Part shown: positions 56,652 to 62,683 of the stretch, piece by piece | How the letters are laid out: each line of letters begins with the position of its first letter | How positions within the stretch are numbered: position 1 is the stretch's first letter | Origin: a virus | Taxonomy: Duplodnaviria; Caudoviricetes | Direction: 5' to 3' (one strand) | IMG/VR virus record: IMGVR_UViG_3300024262_000030 | Coordinates: 1 to 62,683 of that record | DNA: 62,683 bases | The notes under the pieces: generated by a model | Databases searched by the model: none | The model's input: the letters and a program-made list of their open reading frames with translations, nothing else | Told to the model about the DNA's origin: nothing | Position numbers and translations under genes: made by a program

Positions 56652-56905
56652 TGAAGATAAAACATACACGATATGATAATAACGTAGGGTTCATATATTG
56701 TCCGTATGTTCCCACGTTTGATGTTGAGCAGAATCTAATACATGACTTGTCGGATCAAATCCGAAAAGAAATTGACGCTGAAATGCTGAAAATAGTGTCG
56801 GTTCAACCTATGAGTGAACCTTCTGGTAAAATCTATCACATAACAATGGTTGGTGGATGTGGTGGAAACTCTGAAAATAATTTTAAAAAAAGTAAAGAAA
56901 ACTAA
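56651..56905 (+). CDS. Mini-protein built from major-capsid-protein-like motifs
   Basis: GFIYCPYVP, DVEQNL..LSDQI..EIDAEML, IVSVQPMSEPSG resemble T4 gp23-family conserved blocks. Confidence 0.6.
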   Translation: MKIKHTRYDNNVGFIYCPYVPTFDVEQNLIHDLSDQIRKEIDAEMLKIVSVQPMSEPSGKIYHITMVGGCGGNSENNFKKSKEN

Positions 56906-56936
56906 TCTTTTCTAATTCTTTCTAATATATATTAGT

Positions 56937-57068
56937 ATGAGTAATAAAACTGCTATTCAAGTATCAACTGACATTAGAGACAAACTCAAAGAGTATTGTT
57001 CTAAACATGGATATAAAATGTCTGCGTTGGTTGAGAAGCTTATACTACGGGAGATAGACGATGAGTGA
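56937..57068 (+). CDS. Small ribbon-helix-helix-like protein (not in ORF track, 43 aa)
   Basis: MSNKTAIQVSTDIRDKLKEYCSKHGYKMSALVEKLILRE; similar to 61202-61336. Confidence 0.65.
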   Translation: MSNKTAIQVSTDIRDKLKEYCSKHGYKMSALVEKLILREIDDE

Positions 57069-58080
57069 GGTTTTAAATTGTGAAATTTGTGGATGTGGAA
57101 TGAAAACCAGAATCAATGGTTCACATCTGAAACGAAAGCATGGAATTACCCTTGATGAGTATAAATCAAAATTTCCAAATGCTATAATTGGAAAAAGAAA
57201 TCCAAATCATAAAAAATATGTCTGTGAGATTGATGGAAAATTATGCAAAAATAGTAGTTCTCTTTCACGGCATCTAAATAAGAATTATGATATGTCATTG
57301 GAAAATTATTACATTGAATATAAATTGGGCGGAAAACAACCAATGTGCAAATGTGGATGTGGGGAATTTACAGCATTTAAAAATATGGAGATTGGGTTTT
57401 GTGATTATATAATAAGACATGCTCCTGTTTGGAATGTAGGACTTACAAAAGACAATGATGATCGTGTGAAGAATTCTAATGCGGGTGGTTGGCAAAAAGG
57501 ATTAACCAAAAATACCAATTCAATTTTAAAAATACACTCTAAAAAACTTTCTGAGTTTTGGGAAAATAATCCAGATAAAAAGCTGGAGATGGTGGAAAAT
57601 TATAAAAAAACTATGTTGGAAAAATACGGAGTTGATAACTTTTCAAAAACCGAAGAATTCGTGGAAAAATTTGAAAATACGTGTTTGGAAAGATACGGCG
57701 TAACGAATCCATATTTTTCCAATAAATGTAAATGGAAATTTAAAAATTACACATTGCCATCTGGGAGAATTGTTAAATTACAGGGATATGAAAATTATGC
57801 AGTTGATTTTCTATTGTTAGAATTCTCGGAAAATGATATAACATATGAAAACGAAGATATACCATCAATACCATATATAGAAAATGAAAAAGACCGAAAT
57901 CATAAACCGGATTTATATATCCATGGTGAAAATTTATTAATAGAAGTAAAATCTACTTTTACTTTCGGATTACATGAGGATAATGTTTTACTGAAACAAA
58001 AATTTGCAAAAGAGTTGGGATATGATTATCATATTTTAATATTTGATCGCAAAGGAAACTTAATTAAAAAATATGAATAA
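57061..58080 (+). CDS. Putative homing endonuclease (Zn-finger repeats, PD-(D/E)xK C-terminus)
   Basis: CEIC..HL..H, CKCGCG, LEKYGV repeats, QGYE, PDLY..IEVKS. Confidence 0.78.
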   Translation: MSEVLNCEICGCGMKTRINGSHLKRKHGITLDEYKSKFPNAIIGKRNPNHKKYVCEIDGKLCKNSSSLSRHLNKNYDMSLENYYIEYKLGGKQPMCKCGCGEFTAFKNMEIGFCDYIIRHAPVWNVGLTKDNDDRVKNSNAGGWQKGLTKNTNSILKIHSKKLSEFWENNPDKKLEMVENYKKTMLEKYGVDNFSKTEEFVEKFENTCLERYGVTNPYFSNKCKWKFKNYTLPSGRIVKLQGYENYAVDFLLLEFSENDITYENEDIPSIPYIENEKDRNHKPDLYIHGENLLIEVKSTFTFGLHEDNVLLKQKFAKELGYDYHILIFDRKGNLIKKYE

Positions 58081-59608
58081 AGACGAAGAATTGAAAGGAA
58101 AACTAGATCGTCAGCGCAAGAAGAAAATTCTCTTGTTAGCTGACGATCTGTGACTGAGAATGCACAGTGGAATTGCTACGATTTCCCGCGAGATTGTACT
58201 TGGTACATGTCACAAATATGATTGGGCACAACTTGCAGGAAGCGTCAAACACCCGGACAAAGGAAAAGTGTTTGACTTGTCAGATGCAGCTAAACAAGAG
58301 CGTGGAGTTGATGATGCATACGTAAAATTATACCCTACTGATGGGTATGGTAATCCAGATGTATTGAATCAATTGATTCAACTGGAAAAGCCAGACGCAA
58401 TCCTACATTTTACAGATCCTAGATTTTGGATGTGGTTGTATCAGATGGAAAGAGATATACGTAAAAATATCCCATTGACGTATTTAAATATTTGGGATGA
58501 TTGTCCAGCTCCCATGTGGAATAGGCCGTTTTATAAAAGTTGTGATTTATTGATGGGTATATCCAAACAGACGGTGAACCTTAATAAGATAGTGCTTGGA
58601 AAAAATGATTTTGTGTGTGCTGACGATGTAAAATCTCCAGCGGACTGTAAAGGCAAATCAATCATTCATTACGTTCCACATGGAATTGATGAAAATATGT
58701 TTAAGCCATTGGATAAAAACGATCCACTTGTGCTTGAAATGAAGAAGAAGATTCTCAAGAATAAGGATTACAAATACATCTTGTTTTCAAACAACAGAAA
58801 TATCCAACGCAAACGTACTTCAAATATCATATTGGCATACAGAACTTTCTGTGATTCATTGCCTAAAAAGGATGCTGAAAAATGTTGTTTATTGTTACAT
58901 ACACAACCTGTTGATGACAATGGAACTGATTTGCCAACTGTGGTGAAAGCTTTGTGTCCTGATTATGACGTAGTCTTCAGCGCTGGCAAGGTTGAACCGA
59001 AACAAATGAATGCACTGTATAACTTAGCAGACGTTACAATCAACGTAGCTTCAAACGAAGGGTTTGGGTTGAGTCATGCTGAGAGTTTAATGACTGGTAC
59101 GCCTATCATAAACAACGTTACAGGTGGATTGCAGGATGGTTGTGGGTTTACGGATGACAATGGAAACTCAGTTGAATTTTCAGCGCAATGGGGCAGTAAT
59201 CACGATGGTCGTTATAAAAAACATGGTAAGTGGGTTAAGCCTGTGTATCCTGTTACACGATTGTTGCAAGGATCACCTCCTACGCCTTATATTTTTGACG
59301 ACCACGCTAAATGGGAAGACGTTGCGGATGCTATGATGTTTTGGTATTTGGCTGGGGATGAAAAACGCAAAGAGTGTGGAGAAGCTGGAAGACAGTTTGT
59401 TCTTGGTGAAGGTGGATTGAACTCAACAAACATGTGTAACCAATTGATTTTTGCAATGGAAACAACAATGGATAATTTCACACCACGAAACAAATTCAGT
59501 TTGCATACAACAGATGAACATGTTGGACATGAAATGAAAAATGGAATGGGATTTGAAATTCCAAAAATTGATGTTGAAAAAATCAAACAAGAGGTTGAAC
59601 AATTATGA
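58073..59608 (+). CDS. GT-B (GT4-like) glycosyltransferase with in-frame TGA at 58151-58153
   Basis: KKKILLLADDL*LRMHSG in one frame; VPHG, NRN..RK, NEGFGL..ESL..GTP. Confidence 0.85.
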
Positions 59609-59955
59609 TCACGAAGCAAGAACTTATACGAGGTACCCGCCAAGAACTTGAAGAATATTTCAATGAATTTGTGTTGGATATTCCGCATGCTGATGTGAAT
59701 TTTACCAAGGATGTAACTCCTGAAAAAACACATTGGTTGATTGGGGAAACTGCTTCGGAACAATTGGATGAATTAATGACCGAACAAAATAATATTGCTG
59801 CCAAAGAAAGCAAAATGTATGTCGGTCCATTGTTTTTTATGAGTAGAGACATAAAAACATCCGAAAACGAAGAGAAGATTGAAGAAGTCGTATTGAAACT
59901 TGAATCGTTTTGGGTACAAATAGTAGAAGAGGCAAAAGATGAAGATAAAGCATAA
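59605..59955 (+). CDS. Hypothetical protein
   Basis: Coupled ORF. Confidence 0.6.
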   Translation: MITKQELIRGTRQELEEYFNEFVLDIPHADVNFTKDVTPEKTHWLIGETASEQLDELMTEQNNIAAKESKMYVGPLFFMSRDIKTSENEEKIEEVVLKLESFWVQIVEEAKDEDKA

Positions 59956-60511
59956 ATTATACACACAACCGTTTAATGGTCAAGCTGGAGAATACGACTA
60001 TTACCCACATCAGGAGTATCTGTATACATTGATGGAGAACTATTCAAGTTTACATGTCACCAAATCAAGACAAATTGGGATAACTACACTTGCATTAGAT
60101 TATGCAGTAAAAAAATGTAATGAGGGACAAAAAGTTGCATATGTCGCTAAAAGTAACATGATACAACACGTTAAATGTATGTTGCCTAATATGCCTCGTG
60201 AATTGGTATTTTTGTCAAATCATAAACAGAATAAAGATTTTGAGCCGGATGTGGTCATTTTTGACGAATTTGGATATATTGACTTGGGTGAAATTCGTAG
60301 TTTTGCTGCTCGGTTTAGTATCACTGAAGAACGTAAACCTGTGAAAGTAATTTTCTTGGAAACAAAAAGTGAAAGAAATGTATTGACAAACGTTGAAAAA
60401 CATGTTACAATACCGTTTAAAGATACTGTTCTGTATAATCCGAAAAAAGAAGCAGAACTTAGAAAAAACCTCAGTGACGAACATTACAAAATGGAGTTTG
60501 AATGTAAATGA
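59939..60511 (+). CDS. Truncated terminase large-subunit ATPase-like protein
   Basis: YPHQ (Q motif), KSRQIGITT (Walker A), VIFDEF (Walker B), EFEC; only 190 aa. Confidence 0.65.
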   Translation: MKIKHKLYTQPFNGQAGEYDYYPHQEYLYTLMENYSSLHVTKSRQIGITTLALDYAVKKCNEGQKVAYVAKSNMIQHVKCMLPNMPRELVFLSNHKQNKDFEPDVVIFDEFGYIDLGEIRSFAARFSITEERKPVKVIFLETKSERNVLTNVEKHVTIPFKDTVLYNPKKEAELRKNLSDEHYKMEFECK

Positions 60512-61155
60512 AAGACGAAGAATTACAAAGACATAACGTTAGAATAGGATATTTGGAGGTATTAAGTAGATTTCCAGATGTAACAGCCGCACAAGCGATT
60601 TCATATTCTGATGCATTGCTTAAAGAAAAAGAGGTTGGGACTATAGACAATCCAGATTTATCCGAAATCAAAGATCAAATTGCTAGGATGCAACAAGAGA
60701 ATGATGAAAGATTCAATCAGTATACTGATCCAGATTTATCCAGAGATTTTCCAGCCGCTAAGCTTGGTGAGATTGTCAGTAAAGCTGATAAAATTGTTAA
60801 AGGTGAAGGCAAAAAGATTGAGATTAAAACTCCATTCAAAGAAGCAATAGAAGAAACTGAGAAGGAGTTCAAAGCCAATCAAAGTCAGAGTATAACTCCT
60901 GCTGAAGAGTTTCCTGGATTGGATATGGTTGATCCTAAAGCGCGTAAAAAAGAGGCTGATCAAAAACCACAACAAAAAGTGGTTGATGAAGAAAGGGCTC
61001 CAATGCCTATGCCTGTGAAATATGAAGATAGAATGAAATTAGTTGAAAGTCAAGCATTTCAACCGAGAGGAACCGGTATAGAACCTGGAACAGATAAATT
61101 TGACAGCCGTGGGATGGGAGAATCCGGCGGAGAAATTAACAAACGAGGAAATTAA
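60508..61155 (+). CDS. Hypothetical protein
   Basis: Coupled ORF, charged low-complexity. Confidence 0.65.
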   Translation: MKDEELQRHNVRIGYLEVLSRFPDVTAAQAISYSDALLKEKEVGTIDNPDLSEIKDQIARMQQENDERFNQYTDPDLSRDFPAAKLGEIVSKADKIVKGEGKKIEIKTPFKEAIEETEKEFKANQSQSITPAEEFPGLDMVDPKARKKEADQKPQQKVVDEERAPMPMPVKYEDRMKLVESQAFQPRGTGIEPGTDKFDSRGMGESGGEINKRGN

Positions 61156-61201
61156 TTTGTAGATTTTTACACTTTTCTATTTTTCTACTATAGTTATACA
61201 T

Positions 61202-61336
61202 ATGAAAACATTAAAGATAAGTGATGAAACGCATAGAGAATTAAAAATCTATTGCGCTAAAAACAATCTTAAAATTAATGAATATGTTGAAAAATTAATA
61301 TTATCAACTATAAATGAAGAAGATGAAAAACATTGA
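61202..61336 (+). CDS. Small ribbon-helix-helix-like protein (not in ORF track, 44 aa)
   Basis: MKTLKISDETHRELKIYCAKNNLKINEYVEKLI. Confidence 0.65.
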   Translation: MKTLKISDETHRELKIYCAKNNLKINEYVEKLILSTINEEDEKH

Positions 61337-62177
61337 AGTCAAATGTAAATTTTGTTCATGTGGGTTTTTAACTACCGAGGCTAGAATTAAGATAGGTCGT
61401 GGGAAATACTGCTCTCGGAGATGCTTATACGATGACATGAAAAAACCGAAATTAAACTGTGTTGAGTGTGGGGTGGAAATTGAAAGAGGAAATAAATTTT
61501 GTTCAAATGAATGTAACTATTCAAATGTTAAAAATACTGGTAAAAATAAAACAGGTAAATATATTGTAAAAAGTTCAAAGAGTAAATTGAATTTTTGTGG
61601 TAAATTGTGTTACGGTGAATATAAAAAAGGAAAGACCGACCTCCATAAGAAAAAAACAGGAGAATATAAAAATTGTGAAATGTGTGGCGTGGAGTTTTAT
61701 GCCCAAAAACATCAATCACATTACAAATGTTGTTCAGCAAAATGTGCTAATAAAAGCAGACGTGGAAAACCAAATCCCAAACTTTCGGAAAAACTAGCAA
61801 CGATGTATTCAGATGGAACATTAAATCCCAAACGTAATTATTATAAACAGGGATATTATACATCAACAATTACAGACGAAGAAGAGTTTTATAGTAGTAG
61901 TTATGAGTTGAAATATATGGAGATTCTAGATAACAATGGTGTATTTTGGACTAAAAAGCACAAAATAATTATACCGTATATTGACGACAATATGGTGAGT
62001 AGATATTACATTCCTGACTTTTTAGTTGAAAATGTATATCTGGATGAAGTAAAACCTTCAAATTTGGTAGATTCCTCTATTGATAATAATCATTTAAAGA
62101 TGGAAGCTGCAAGGATATGGTGCCAAGATAACGGTTTGGAATTTAGAGTTATAACAGAAAAAGAATTGAAAATATGA
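61314..62177 (+). CDS. Putative homing endonuclease (Zn-finger repeats, TnsA-N-like nuclease)
   Basis: CxxC..CSxxC repeats; SSYE, YIPDF, EVKP, K..AA..C, F.VITE. Confidence 0.8.
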   Translation: MKKMKNIEVKCKFCSCGFLTTEARIKIGRGKYCSRRCLYDDMKKPKLNCVECGVEIERGNKFCSNECNYSNVKNTGKNKTGKYIVKSSKSKLNFCGKLCYGEYKKGKTDLHKKKTGEYKNCEMCGVEFYAQKHQSHYKCCSAKCANKSRRGKPNPKLSEKLATMYSDGTLNPKRNYYKQGYYTSTITDEEEFYSSSYELKYMEILDNNGVFWTKKHKIIIPYIDDNMVSRYYIPDFLVENVYLDEVKPSNLVDSSIDNNHLKMEAARIWCQDNGLEFRVITEKELKI

Positions 62178-62683
62178 TTGGAAAAAAAGTAATAGTTATT
62201 CAGTCGCCACACACGACTAGATCAGGATATGGTGCAAAATCAAGAGATATAATTAGGTCCGCTGTAAAATGGGCTGATAAAAATGATTTTGTTGTTAAAT
62301 TGGTTCCGATGCCGTGGGGGGGGACTCCGCAAAATGCATTGGATAGTGAACCCGACGGTGATTTGTTTTTGAGTCGCCATTTAACCGTTCAGCTGACCCA
62401 ACAACCGGAAATACATATGCAGATTAGCATTCCAAATGAGTTTCAACCTCAAGGGAAATTTAACATAGGTTGGACCAGTGGTATTGAGTCAGATTTATGT
62501 AGAGCTGAGTGGATTGAGGGATTGAATCGTATGGATTTAAACATTGTTCCATCCAAACATGCTAAGTCAGTGTTTGAACGTTCAAAGTTTAAAAAGAAAG
62601 AGAAAAATGGATTGGAAATTCCGATTGAAATGACAAAGCCAATGGAAGTGTTGTTTGAAGGAAGTGATCTTGAAATTTACAAA
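62174..62683 (+). CDS. Glycosyltransferase, 5' part (runs off window)
   Basis: Open frame MIGKKVIVIQSPHTTRSGYGAKSRD..PNEFQ..NIG.TSGIE..IVPS.H. Confidence 0.75.
   Translation, partial: MIGKKVIVIQSPHTTRSGYGAKSRDIIRSAVKWADKNDFVVKLVPMPWGGTPQNALDSEPDGDLFLSRHLTVQLTQQPEIHMQISIPNEFQPQGKFNIGWTSGIESDLCRAEWIEGLNRMDLNIVPSKHAKSVFERSKFKKKEKNGLEIPIEMTKPMEVLFEGSDLEIYK

Noticed and set aside
58151-58153. Genome-wide TGA recoding or selenocysteine
   Set aside because: Many genes here end in TGA with ATGA coupling; no UCA-anticodon tRNA seen and the position is not a Cys site

Overview
AT-rich segment of a very large (jumbo-type, T4-superfamily-like) dsDNA phage genome, standard genetic code. 1-2932 is a tRNA array (15 complete tRNAs plus one partial) interrupted by a GIY-YIG endonuclease and several non-tRNA structured RNAs; a tmRNA lies at 6047-6435. 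The rest is a dense accessory region: RNA repair/translation support (DUF2828 TROVE-vWA protein, RNA ligase, 2H phosphoesterases, Thg1, CCA enzyme, Pth2, YqeY), nucleotide metabolism (dNMP kinase, dCMP deaminase, DHFR, GuaC, B12-dependent NrdJ plus PduO), an NAD+ salvage cluster, a PrkA/YeaH/SpoVR operon, methyltransferases, glycosyltransferases and homing endonucleases. Best candidates for undescribed biology: (1) four RNAs sharing a GAU/AUC closing stem plus CAGCA motif, one with a YrlA-like circularly permuted tRNA domain and two in the leader of the Ro60-like DUF2828 gene; (2) a ~250-nt RNA reproducing the 23S rRNA L11-binding (GTPase-associated) centre; (3) a CUG-UGA-CUG stop-hop site in a glycosyltransferase gene; (4) mini-proteins made of degenerate fragments of core phage proteins; (5) enzymes carrying a putative capsid-targeting leader. 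All assignments are by-eye motif and pairing recognition; no searches were run.
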